Both the position numbers and the translations under genes were made by a program. This document shows, piece by piece, positions 38,101 to 47,605 of a stretch of 64,000 nt of DNA; positions within the stretch are counted from its first letter, which is position 1; every line of letters starts with the position of its first letter. Location: the IMG/VR virus record IMGVR_UViG_3300020331_000002; one strand, given 5' to 3'. The notes beneath the pieces were generated by a model. That model was not told where the DNA came from, searched no databases, and saw only the letters and a list, made by a program, of their open reading frames with translations. The DNA is from a virus (Duplodnaviria; Caudoviricetes).

Positions 38101-39054
38101 ATGAACCCAACTACTACTATTAAGGTGGCTAGGCAAACGAACCTACGCGGCCGACAAGTTGATCTACCTCAACCACTTGCTCCGGGCGAGTTTGGCCAGT
38201 GCGTTGATACTCAACGAATCTACATAGGCGGCGATCCTGCGTATACGCCGCCAGGCATAAACTACCTTGGATCTACCGAGGCATTAACTGGACAGAACTA
38301 CCTAGAAACGCGCTTTATCCCTGTTCGTTTAGCAGATGGTACAACCAAAGCTGACTTGGAAAACGAGTTCGGTTCTATGGTATCTGACCCGGGTACTGAC
38401 ATTAGATTTAACGTGGAAACTGCGCTTATTGTTCTCCCTGCAGGCACCACAGCTTCTGAAAAATTGGGCGCTGAAACCACTGTATCGGGTAGCTCATTGA
38501 TAGAAGAAATTCTAGATACTGAAACGGTTGGATTCACTGTAGAGACTGGCGGACACGGCGAAGCTTCGCTGATAGCAACGGCCATGAACGAGATGTCTAA
38601 CAGGGCGATTGCTAATGTTCGACTGAATATAGAGCTAAAGACCTCAGTTGACAGTGAAACCATTATTGTTACTAGTCCTGGCGAAAACATATACGCGCCA
38701 CTTCGGTGGACGCTTCCGCCAACGGAATCCTTTTTGGATTTCCCGGACGGGGGCCTAATATTTGAAACTACCGAGAGTGACGTGTTCACTTGTGAGTATT
38801 CACTCGAAATGGCAGACAACGGCGACACGTATTTTAGTTCAGGCATAATTACCGCCCACTTAAGTCCGTTATCACGAACCGGTCTAGTATCAACCCAAGG
38901 ACCATCTGTAAGAGTACCTGATGGCCTTGCCGGGTATGTTACGTTTTCGGTGGACTTTCTTACGCCTGACAGAGCGGTATGGCGCTATAAGAACACATTT
39001 AACGCAGACGCTAAACTTTCAATGGTTATAAGGCGATTTGCTTCAAGAGATTAA
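38101..39054 (+). CDS. Virion structural protein with Mtd-N-like N-terminus
   Basis: RG..DLPQPLAPGEFGQCVDTQRIYIG; TAAATA at 38071-38076. Confidence 0.6.
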   Translation: MNPTTTIKVARQTNLRGRQVDLPQPLAPGEFGQCVDTQRIYIGGDPAYTPPGINYLGSTEALTGQNYLETRFIPVRLADGTTKADLENEFGSMVSDPGTDIRFNVETALIVLPAGTTASEKLGAETTVSGSSLIEEILDTETVGFTVETGGHGEASLIATAMNEMSNRAIANVRLNIELKTSVDSETIIVTSPGENIYAPLRWTLPPTESFLDFPDGGLIFETTESDVFTCEYSLEMADNGDTYFSSGIITAHLSPLSRTGLVSTQGPSVRVPDGLAGYVTFSVDFLTPDRAVWRYKNTFNADAKLSMVIRRFASRD

Positions 39055-39066
39055 ACAGGGGTGCGT

Positions 39067-39525
39067 ATGACACATACAGATTGGACTCAACTTGACTTTG
39101 AAGATTTTATGGCACTGTGGCGCAAAATGCGTGTTGACCTGCCTGTATTAAGCGCTGAAGAATTAGGTTCTCATCTGCGCGAAAAGTTTGCAAGGTTTCC
39201 TATCGAGACGGGCAAAACACTAGATCCCTATTCCCCGTCTAACTGGCCTAGTCCATGGGAGCAGATTACTGATAGTCTGTTTTGTTCATGCGGACTAGGC
39301 GTATTTCTTTACTATACTATAAGTCTTTCAGACTCGTACGCTGACGACGATTTCGGGATTTATTACGTAGAAAAAGAAGGATATGACAGGATAGTCATCG
39401 TAAATAACACACATGGTTGGTTTATAGATACACTGACTTATGATGGCGGTACGGTGTCTGACTTGCAAGTAGGAAAAATACTTGCCTCTTACAGTAGTCA
39501 AGACCTACCGAGATACAATAACTAG
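39067..39525 (+). CDS. Hypothetical protein
   Basis: DPYSPSNWPSPWE motif; ORF track 39061..39525. Confidence 0.7.
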   Translation: MTHTDWTQLDFEDFMALWRKMRVDLPVLSAEELGSHLREKFARFPIETGKTLDPYSPSNWPSPWEQITDSLFCSCGLGVFLYYTISLSDSYADDDFGIYYVEKEGYDRIVIVNNTHGWFIDTLTYDGGTVSDLQVGKILASYSSQDLPRYNN

Positions 39526-39535
39526 CGAGACGAAA

Positions 39536-41875
39536 ATGACAGAAGAGATCCGCATTAAGAAGCGTGACGGTTCACTCGAGCCCTTCAATATCGAGAAAAT
39601 TCACAAAGTAGTACAGTGGGCATGTAACGGCTTAACCGGTGTTTCGCCATCACAAATAGAACTTAAATCAAAGCTTTACTTCTACGATGGGATGGAATCA
39701 CAAGCGATTCATAAAACGCTAACTAAAACCGCAGCTGATTTGATCACCCCTGAAGACAGTAACTACCAATACGTTGCGAGTAAGTTAGTGAACTTTAACT
39801 TACGTAAAGAAGTATACGGTCAGCCTGAACCGTGGCACTTGCGTAAGATTGTCGAGCGCAACATTACCCTAGGATGGTACACTGAAGAACTCAAAGAGTG
39901 GTACAGTGACGAGGAGTTAAATTATCTTAACAAAATCATCAAGCATGATCGTGACTATGATATCAGTTACGCTGGCATGGGGCAGTGGTTAGGTAAGTAT
40001 CTGGCACAGGATCGAGTGAAAGAAGAACACTTTGAAACCCCGCAGGTGGCATATGTGTTGATCGCTGCTACCCTGTTCCATGATTACCCCGCATCCACCC
40101 GTATGAAGTTTGTTAAAGAGTACTACGATGCGTTGAGTAAATTTAAGATTAGTGTGCCGACACCGGTTCTAGCGGGCGCCAGAACACGCGAAAAGCAGTT
40201 CAGTTCTTGTGTACTTATTGAGTCAGCAGATAGTTTGGATTCGATTAACGCGACGTCGTCTGCCATCGTAAACTATGTTTCACAGAAAGCAGGCATTGGT
40301 ATTAATATTGGACGCATTCGCCCAGTTGGTACTAAAGTGCGAGGCGGTGATGTTGAACATACCGGCGTTATTCCGTTCCTTAAGTATTTCCAGGCAGCAC
40401 TTAAGTCTTGTTCGCAGGGCGGTGTACGCGGTGGTTCTGCCACAGTGTATTATCCTTACTTCCATGGTGAAGTAGAAAACCTACTTGTTGCTAAAAACAA
40501 CAAAGGGACTGAAGAAAGCCGTGTTCGCCACGTAGACTACGGTATTCAGTTTAACAAGCTAATATATGAACGTGCACTAGCCGGGCAAGATGTTACCTTG
40601 TTTAACTCAAGTGAAGTGCCGCAGTTATGGGACACGTTTTACTCAGGCGATAACGATGCATTTGCCAAGCTTTACAGTGAGTTAGAAAAGTCACCTAAAG
40701 TTGCGTACAAGCGCAAAGTTAACGCGTATGAGTTGATGTCGCAGTTTCTAGATGAAAGACAAAACACTGGTCGAATTTACTTGCAGAATATCGACCACTG
40801 TAATACTCATAGCTCGTTTGATCAAACCAAACACCCTGTGACTATGTCTAACTTGTGTGCTGAGATTACGTTGCCTACTAAGCCTTTTGAGTCACTACAT
40901 GATGAATCAGGCCGCATTGCACTATGTACGCTATCGGCAATTAACTGGGGCGTAATTAATAAGCCTGAAGACTTTGAAAAACCTTGTGAATTAGCTGTTC
41001 GTAGTCTTGACGCGTTATTATCGTACCAAAATTATCCGGCTATTCAAGCTGAGCTTTCTACCAGAGAGTTTAGGACTTTGGGTATAGGTATCAACAACTT
41101 AGCCTACTTCCTTGCCAAGAACGGCACCGGGTATACGCAAGAGTCAGCGCTAGAGCTAGTCGACGAGTATATGGAAGCAATGAGCTTCTACATCATTAAA
41201 GCTTCTGTTCAGCTTGCTAAAGAGAAAGGCGCGTGTGAATTGTCGCACGAGACCAAATACGGTCAGGGACTATTCCCGTGGGAAACTGCGCATAAAAATG
41301 TCAATGACTTGGTGCCTTTGAACTTGCGCATGGACTGGGAGTCGTTACGTGCTGATATGAAAGAGCACGGCGTTCGTAATGCGGCGATGATGGCATGTAT
41401 GCCGAGCGAGTCTTCTAGCCAGCTAATTAATGCTACTAATGGTGTTGAACCACCGCGTGGTTTTGTTAGTGAAAAGTCAAGCAAGCATGGTGTATTTAAA
41501 CAAGTAGTGCCTGAGTACAGTAAGTACAAAAACAAGTACGAACTGTTATGGGATCAAGAGTCGCCGCGTGGGTACTTGTCTATTATGGCTGTGTTGCAGC
41601 GCTATATGGACCAGACTATATCTGCCAACACAAGTTATAACCCGTTACACTTCAAAACACTTGATGCAAACGGCGGCGAGATGAAGAGTAAAATACCACT
41701 CACTACGTTGATCGAAGACTTGTACTTCACCTATTCTCACGGTATTAAGACGTTGTATTACGCGAACACGTATGACGCAAACGAAGGCGACGGCACCGAG
41801 AAGAAAGACACCGTAGAAGAGCCGTTACCGGTCGAGATTATCGACGACGATGACTGTGAAGGATGTGTACTGTAA
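39536..41875 (+). CDS. nrdA: Ribonucleotide reductase class Ia alpha subunit with ATP cone
   Basis: IKKRDG ATP cone, PTPVLAG, QFSSC, SNLCAEI, ALCTLSAIN, MPSESSS, terminal CEGCVL. Confidence 0.98.
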   Translation: MTEEIRIKKRDGSLEPFNIEKIHKVVQWACNGLTGVSPSQIELKSKLYFYDGMESQAIHKTLTKTAADLITPEDSNYQYVASKLVNFNLRKEVYGQPEPWHLRKIVERNITLGWYTEELKEWYSDEELNYLNKIIKHDRDYDISYAGMGQWLGKYLAQDRVKEEHFETPQVAYVLIAATLFHDYPASTRMKFVKEYYDALSKFKISVPTPVLAGARTREKQFSSCVLIESADSLDSINATSSAIVNYVSQKAGIGINIGRIRPVGTKVRGGDVEHTGVIPFLKYFQAALKSCSQGGVRGGSATVYYPYFHGEVENLLVAKNNKGTEESRVRHVDYGIQFNKLIYERALAGQDVTLFNSSEVPQLWDTFYSGDNDAFAKLYSELEKSPKVAYKRKVNAYELMSQFLDERQNTGRIYLQNIDHCNTHSSFDQTKHPVTMSNLCAEITLPTKPFESLHDESGRIALCTLSAINWGVINKPEDFEKPCELAVRSLDALLSYQNYPAIQAELSTREFRTLGIGINNLAYFLAKNGTGYTQESALELVDEYMEAMSFYIIKASVQLAKEKGACELSHETKYGQGLFPWETAHKNVNDLVPLNLRMDWESLRADMKEHGVRNAAMMACMPSESSSQLINATNGVEPPRGFVSEKSSKHGVFKQVVPEYSKYKNKYELLWDQESPRGYLSIMAVLQRYMDQTISANTSYNPLHFKTLDANGGEMKSKIPLTTLIEDLYFTYSHGIKTLYYANTYDANEGDGTEKKDTVEEPLPVEIIDDDDCEGCVL

Positions 41876-42765
41876 TGAATATTGAAGCACTATCCAATAT
41901 GACAGCCAAAGAGCTGGGAAGTGCGGCCAATAAAAACATGCAGGAGGAGTTGCTCATGGCAACTCCGTTCTTACCGGAGAGTGCGACCTGGACTCAAAGG
42001 AAATGGCATGTAATAAACGAAAACTACGGAGCGGTGTTATGTGACGATTGCGACAAACACGCTAAGTGGTCTGGCCGTGGCTATTCGAAGTACTGCGGCG
42101 GTGATGTGTGTAATACGCCTAGCGAGCCTATTAGTGACATTCTTGATAAGGAAGTTAGAGAAAAGATTACTTTGCCTTATTTCGAGCAAATTGTCGCATA
42201 TATGCGTCGATTAATAGGTGATGAAAACATAGTTATAGACGAAAATAAAGTCGGCTATAAGCAAGGCAACTACCGCGGCATATCCGCTAAACCTGCGCTT
42301 GGGTACTTGCATGTGAGTGAGTACGACTGGGATAAGAAGAATTCGCTGTCTATGAGCTTCATAAACAGAGAATACGGGGCTCATAAGGGTCATGTGCATC
42401 CTAACTCCATTAAGGTAGTTAGTGTGCCTGTCGGTTTATACAGAAGCTTTTTCAACAAGTATAGTTTTGATGACTCTACTGTTGGGAAGACTTGTATAGG
42501 ACTGTATGGCGGCACTGAGCTTATCGCCGCTGTGCTTTTTGACTACGAAAATGAAGCGCAAGGGAAGTGGCGCATTATAAATAAAGCAATAAAGGTAGAC
42601 AGACACGTAGATGCCGCAATAACTCGCATCACTGAATACTTTAAGGCAACTTTTTTCCCTAAAGAAATTAGTTTAATCTTGAACCCTTACAAAGACAATG
42701 TGCAAGCCTGGGAGAACCGCGGGTTCATGCAACATGAAGATAGATACATTTGGAAGAGTAAATGA
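41875..42765 (+). CDS. Homing endonuclease (Hef-like)-related protein, apparently degenerate
   Basis: Sits between nrdA and nrdB; CDDC..W..YSKYCG Zn motif, LHVSEYDW, IGLY..ELIAAVLF and NRGF pattern. Confidence 0.5.
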   Translation: MNIEALSNMTAKELGSAANKNMQEELLMATPFLPESATWTQRKWHVINENYGAVLCDDCDKHAKWSGRGYSKYCGGDVCNTPSEPISDILDKEVREKITLPYFEQIVAYMRRLIGDENIVIDENKVGYKQGNYRGISAKPALGYLHVSEYDWDKKNSLSMSFINREYGAHKGHVHPNSIKVVSVPVGLYRSFFNKYSFDDSTVGKTCIGLYGGTELIAAVLFDYENEAQGKWRIINKAIKVDRHVDAAITRITEYFKATFFPKEISLILNPYKDNVQAWENRGFMQHEDRYIWKSK

Positions 42766-43886
42766 AGTCAGTATATAACCTCGACAACGTAAAATCCAAC
42801 GTTCAGTGCAACACGTTTCTGGATGCAGATAACGACGGCGTAACAGTTGCGCGGTACGATAAAATCAGATACAGTACAGTTCAGCGCATGACTGAACAAC
42901 AAGTTGGCTACTTTTGGCAGCCGGAAGAAGTTGACTTAAGCAAAGACGTCCGTGACTTTAAGAAGCTCACACCGGCTGAGCAACGTATCTTCACGTATAA
43001 CTTGCGCAGACAAATTCTGCTAGATTCAATCCAAGGACGCTCGCCTAACTTGGTGTTCTTGCCGGTTGTTACCTTGCCTGAAGCAGAAACATTTATCGAG
43101 ACGTGGAGTTTCTTTGAGTCTATCCATAACAGATCGTACTCGCACATTATCCGTAACGTGTATTCTGATCCAGGCGAAGTGTTTGACGGTATTAATAATA
43201 TCCAGCCAATTGTTGATTGTGCTAAATCAATTGCCAAGTATTACGATGTGCTTGACTATAACAATTGTTATGTGCGCGTTCACGGTTATGATGATAAGCT
43301 CAGTCTTTATGAGCACAAGAAGTCATTATGGATGGCACTTAATGCAGTAAACGCGCTTGAAGGTATTCGTTTTTATGTGTCGTTTGCATGCTCATGGGCA
43401 TTCGCTGAACAAAAGAAAATGGAAGGCAACGCCAAAGTCATTAAGTTCATTTGTCGTGACGAAAACATTCACTTAATGTTCACCCAGAACGCAATTAAGA
43501 CACTGCCTAAAGAAGATCCGGACTTTGCAAAAATACGTGAAGAAACTCGCGACGAGTGTAATGCGCTGTTCGTTGAGGCCATCGAGCAAGAGAAAGAATG
43601 GGCTAAGTTCCTGTTTGAAGAAGGCTCGATGATAGGCTTAACTGAAGGTCTTTTATGTAATTATGTTGAGTGGATTGGCCATAATCGTATGCGTGCCATT
43701 CAACTTAACAGTCCGTATTCACCGGGCCAAGCTAACCCGCTGCCGTGGACTACGAGCTGGATCGCTGGTAAGACACGCCAGGCGGCACCGCAAGAAACAG
43801 AACTTGAATCTTACGTTATTGGTGAGATCGATAAACGTGTGCCTGAAAACTTCATGAAAGATTTGGCATCCAAAATAAAACTATAA
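42762..43886 (+). CDS. nrdB: Ribonucleotide reductase class Ia beta subunit
   Basis: FWQPEE, QILLDSIQGR, ESIHNRSY, EGIRFYVSF, RDENIH and APQETE motifs. Confidence 0.98.
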   Translation: MKSVYNLDNVKSNVQCNTFLDADNDGVTVARYDKIRYSTVQRMTEQQVGYFWQPEEVDLSKDVRDFKKLTPAEQRIFTYNLRRQILLDSIQGRSPNLVFLPVVTLPEAETFIETWSFFESIHNRSYSHIIRNVYSDPGEVFDGINNIQPIVDCAKSIAKYYDVLDYNNCYVRVHGYDDKLSLYEHKKSLWMALNAVNALEGIRFYVSFACSWAFAEQKKMEGNAKVIKFICRDENIHLMFTQNAIKTLPKEDPDFAKIREETRDECNALFVEAIEQEKEWAKFLFEEGSMIGLTEGLLCNYVEWIGHNRMRAIQLNSPYSPGQANPLPWTTSWIAGKTRQAAPQETELESYVIGEIDKRVPENFMKDLASKIKL

Positions 43887-43899
43887 AAAGGAATCACAC

Positions 43900-44205
43900 A
43901 TGCTCATACAGCCTACATACTCATTAAACGAGACACCTGGAAAAATATTCATGTTTCAGATGTCAAATGGCGCAGAAGTCATCGGTAAAGTAAAGTCGGT
44001 GGACGACACTAGTCTTATAATAGAAAAGCCCATCCGACTTGCAATACAAGGACAGGGGCAAATTATGCCGTTTAGCTACGCAATCGGCAACCCGGAGGCC
44101 GACACTGTGATATTCATGCGCCATGCATTGACTTCGTACTACTTGCCTTCCAAAGACATGGAAGAGATGTACATTTCTAATACGACTGGTATTGATCTTG
44201 GCTAA
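43900..44205 (+). CDS. Small beta-barrel (Sm-like) hypothetical protein
   Basis: FQMSNGAEVIGKV...LIIEKPI pattern. Confidence 0.6.
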   Translation: MLIQPTYSLNETPGKIFMFQMSNGAEVIGKVKSVDDTSLIIEKPIRLAIQGQGQIMPFSYAIGNPEADTVIFMRHALTSYYLPSKDMEEMYISNTTGIDLG

Positions 44206-44269
44206 TAGCCGCAAAAGGTGAAAATATCGTAAATACTCCTAGTAATACACAATATTTAGGGAGTTTTAC

Positions 44270-44437
44270 ATGGCGAAGAATGCCTTTGAAATCCGTACAG
44301 ACATTTTGGAATTAGCTACTAAGATTGTTCTTGCCGGATCTAACGAATCAGAAAAATGCGAAGTAGAAGAAGTACTTAAAGTAGCAAACGAGTTGAACAA
44401 ATTCGTAAGTGAAAAAAGTGATTCATCCTCGCGATAA
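44270..44437 (+). CDS. 55-aa protein MAKNAFEIRTDILELATK... (not in ORF track)
   Basis: AGGGAG SD, GTAAATA at 44229-44235, terminator downstream. Confidence 0.8.
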   Translation: MAKNAFEIRTDILELATKIVLAGSNESEKCEVEEVLKVANELNKFVSEKSDSSSR

Positions 44438-44450
44438 AGTACCGCAGTAG

Positions 44451-44477
44451 AAAGCGCTCATATAAAGGGCGCTTTTT
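44451..44477 (+). terminator. Intrinsic terminator
   Basis: AAAGCGCTC-7 nt-GGGCGCTTTTT. Confidence 0.75.
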
Positions 44478-44509
44478 CATTTCAAACAAACCGCACAAAA
44501 TTAAATATC

Positions 44510-44538
44510 TAGACTTTTGCGTAATACTAATATAGAAT
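44510..44538 (+). promoter_or_regulatory. Sigma70-like promoter for the paralog array
   Basis: TAGACT-17 nt-TAGAAT. Confidence 0.55.
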
Positions 44539-44569
44539 TGATGTAATATTTCTATAAAAGTAGAACGCC

Positions 44570-45553
44570 ATGATTAAAATGTCAGAACCGATATTTGTGG
44601 CTGATCCTATTATCGATTTAATAGGCGAGGCTGCCCCGTTGTATACCGTTATAAACTACGAATCAGTTAGTAAAAAATTCCTGTCAAAAGGAATGTGGTG
44701 GGTGCTTGATACAAGCCTCCAGGACAAACTTTCCCAAGGCACTGATGTATACCGACAATGGATCGCTTATGTATTAGAAGATATTATCACTGAAGCGACC
44801 GATGTTAGGTACGATATAGTATGTGATGCAGAAGAAGTAACGGACATACCTGGCGGCGAGGTTTTCCGTAGCTTTTTCCACTGGCGCAAGGGAGGACCAA
44901 ACAATAGCGGGTCACGTCCAGAAGCCTTAGCAATCGGTAAGGTTGCCATACAAGTAGACGATAATAATCACTTGCACAAAACAGACGGCCCTGCGGTCCA
45001 TGCTATATTTTTCCATTGTCTGGAAGGAAAGTCTAACGTTTTTGACTACGAGTACAGTGTGCACATGTTGCACGGCATGCCGCACCGTTTAGACGGGCCT
45101 GCGATTGAGGTCAAGATATTTGATCCCCTAACACAGGAATATATTCTTCATATTGAAGTTTGCGCAGTTGCCGGAAAACTCCATAACGTAGGTGATGCGC
45201 CCGCGATTTATATGAGTAAAGGTGATTACACACTTAAGCTGTTCTTTGAAAACGGCACGATGGTGTCGGGTTCTAGAAGTGACCAATACTGTAATATGAC
45301 TATAGATACTACGCCGCACGGGTTTGTTGTATCCGAGACATACGTTGATTCATCTGGTATAGCCGGTGTGACCCACTTTGACAAGACAGGCGACTTGCAT
45401 AATCCGGTAGGACCTGCCGTTATAACACCTAGAAGCGCCAGCTTTTATCTACATGGTAGAGAAACAACATTCGAAGCATTGTGTTCACTCGGCATATTGA
45501 CTAAAACTGAAGAAACAATGATTGCGTTATCGCATGGTGAGGTGGTTGCATGA
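44570..45553 (+). CDS. HRxDGPA-repeat protein, paralog 1
   Basis: LHKTDGPA, PHRLDGPA, LHNVGDAPA, LHNPVGPA. Confidence 0.8.
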   Translation: MIKMSEPIFVADPIIDLIGEAAPLYTVINYESVSKKFLSKGMWWVLDTSLQDKLSQGTDVYRQWIAYVLEDIITEATDVRYDIVCDAEEVTDIPGGEVFRSFFHWRKGGPNNSGSRPEALAIGKVAIQVDDNNHLHKTDGPAVHAIFFHCLEGKSNVFDYEYSVHMLHGMPHRLDGPAIEVKIFDPLTQEYILHIEVCAVAGKLHNVGDAPAIYMSKGDYTLKLFFENGTMVSGSRSDQYCNMTIDTTPHGFVVSETYVDSSGIAGVTHFDKTGDLHNPVGPAVITPRSASFYLHGRETTFEALCSLGILTKTEETMIALSHGEVVA

Positions 45554-46617
45554 GATATGAAGAGTTCGCGCTAGTTTCATACACACCCGCGTTTTACCGT
45601 ACCGGAATACCCAACACTATAGATCATCATTTGTTGGATATGGGATTGAAAAACGACGGCGCTATTTATATGGATAATATTTCGGATTTGTTACGCAAGT
45701 CGAATGACGGCGGTATAGGGAGAAGGATAAAGTCGCTTGGTCTTCACTATCGCGGAGACACCGAGGACCATGAGTACCTGAATGGTGTGAATGATTTAGC
45801 ACTAGGTATTATCGAATCGCTGCGCGAACACTCGTTGTTTGCTGGATTGTTTATGCTTGGCGACACGGGACTTAACGCTAATTGGCTTCAGCGTTTCGAG
45901 GTAAAAAGAGTCGGTGAAAGCTTAAACCAAGTCACTATGTATTCTGACTTTGATGGATACAGATCACACTACCTTGAGTTTTATTGTACTGATAGAGCCG
46001 AGATAGTTACGCCGGAAGACGACAAACCGGCGCTGGTTATACGCGCTGCTAAAGGGCAGTCGATAGGCACTAATACCCGCTTGTCGATATACTTGAATCG
46101 TTTTGGTAAATTACACCGTGATGGTGATCGCCCTGCGCTGGTATTAAATGATCGTGAAGGTTACCGAAACTTTATTATATGCGCACGTGATGGAGAGTTG
46201 CACAGAAGCGCTGACGAGCCTGCGCTTTACGGTACGACAAGTGACTTCACTATGTCAGTTCACGCCTGTGACGGCCACATTCACAACGAAGATGGACCTG
46301 CCATAGATTATAATGCTAAGAGAGTAGAAGCATACACCTCTTATATTGTGAACGGCAAGCCTAGGTCATCTACACCGACAGCCGCGCTTGTTTGTCTGAC
46401 AACGAACGTGCTGACTCATTATTATTTAGATGATAATTTTGAGGTACACAATGAGTACGGACCTGCTATTAAAAGTATCAACGCGGGCAAGACTGTTACG
46501 CGGGTGTATGCAAGGCACGGCCACAAAATGTCCGGTAAAGAAGAGTGGTTAATGCGTTCAAAAATGACAGAAGCCGAAAAGGGTTTGTACGTACTGGGAG
46601 AAGACCTCGATGCTTAA
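45550..46617 (+). CDS. HRxDGPA-repeat protein, paralog 2
   Basis: LHRDGDRPA, LHRSADEPA, IHNEDGPA, VHNEYGPA. Confidence 0.8.
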   Translation: MRYEEFALVSYTPAFYRTGIPNTIDHHLLDMGLKNDGAIYMDNISDLLRKSNDGGIGRRIKSLGLHYRGDTEDHEYLNGVNDLALGIIESLREHSLFAGLFMLGDTGLNANWLQRFEVKRVGESLNQVTMYSDFDGYRSHYLEFYCTDRAEIVTPEDDKPALVIRAAKGQSIGTNTRLSIYLNRFGKLHRDGDRPALVLNDREGYRNFIICARDGELHRSADEPALYGTTSDFTMSVHACDGHIHNEDGPAIDYNAKRVEAYTSYIVNGKPRSSTPTAALVCLTTNVLTHYYLDDNFEVHNEYGPAIKSINAGKTVTRVYARHGHKMSGKEEWLMRSKMTEAEKGLYVLGEDLDA

Positions 46618-47605
46618 ATTACCTGATATACGAAATGTAGTAGTCGGGCGCTCAAACGTGAATCAAGTAGCAGTTGTTTTGACGCGTCTTGTAGACGCGT
46701 ATACACAAGAGCAGCGTTATGGGACGAAGTTACTCGGGTTCGTTAGCGCCCTGGCACGAGGTGAAGACGTTGAGTCCGGTAGAGTCATTAATGGGTGCTG
46801 GCTGGCTTTTGAGACCAAAATAAAGCCGTACTTCGCTAGTACCATATTCATGAATAACATTGATATGGATCAATACCGACCGACTGTGAATCATGTAAGA
46901 GACGGGATTGCGTATTGTAAATTTGAAACTCAGGACGAAAACTCATTAGTAACAACGTATGAGTTCACTATTAGTGCCGAAAAAGTAACTCCGCACGACC
47001 TGTTTCGTGTTGATCTTAAAGGCGATATTAAGAACATAAACGGCGACCAGCGCGGGTTTACTCATGCCACATTCTATATTGATACAGCGACCGGTCTCTT
47101 AAATGATTTTGGCGAAACACCGTCACTTGTTATACACACAATGCGTAATGTGAATTTGAACAACTACACTAACCGCATTAAGGTACACGCCAAAAACGGC
47201 GACATAAACGACAACGGTATTCACCCGGCTTTTACGACGAAAATTTATTCTGATAGAGATAACAAAAAGATAGTAGATATTACGGTGAGTATCGAAGATA
47301 AGAAGCTTAGTAAAAAAGGCTTCAGGTCTATCACTGTGCGTAGCGGCGACATTACCGAGATCGCTGAGTGCTCGTATGTAGATGACAAATTCGGATGGAA
47401 GGTAACAATAGACAGTGATCCTAATTATTGGCTACTAATTGATCACAATATGGATGTGGGGTCTAAATACTATCCGGGGCTCATAACAGAGCAAAACACC
47501 CACTATATAATAAAGAACGAGGTGTTATCACCGTCTGAGTTCGTAAAACGATGTAATTTAAGTGATGAGGAAAAAGCTATGATAATTTTGGGTGAGACCC
47601 AATGA
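46610..47605 (+). CDS. HRxDGPA-repeat protein, paralog 3 (degenerate repeats)
   Basis: LLNDFGETPS, INDNGIHPA; shared C-terminal LSDEEKAMIILG. Confidence 0.7.
   Translation: MLKLPDIRNVVVGRSNVNQVAVVLTRLVDAYTQEQRYGTKLLGFVSALARGEDVESGRVINGCWLAFETKIKPYFASTIFMNNIDMDQYRPTVNHVRDGIAYCKFETQDENSLVTTYEFTISAEKVTPHDLFRVDLKGDIKNINGDQRGFTHATFYIDTATGLLNDFGETPSLVIHTMRNVNLNNYTNRIKVHAKNGDINDNGIHPAFTTKIYSDRDNKKIVDITVSIEDKKLSKKGFRSITVRSGDITEIAECSYVDDKFGWKVTIDSDPNYWLLIDHNMDVGSKYYPGLITEQNTHYIIKNEVLSPSEFVKRCNLSDEEKAMIILGETQ

Noticed and set aside
9336-43886. Inteins or introns in terL, uvsX, uvsW, helicase, nrdA or nrdB
   Set aside because: Lengths and motif spacing are normal, with no frame breaks or Hint/LAGLIDADG motifs inside these genes.
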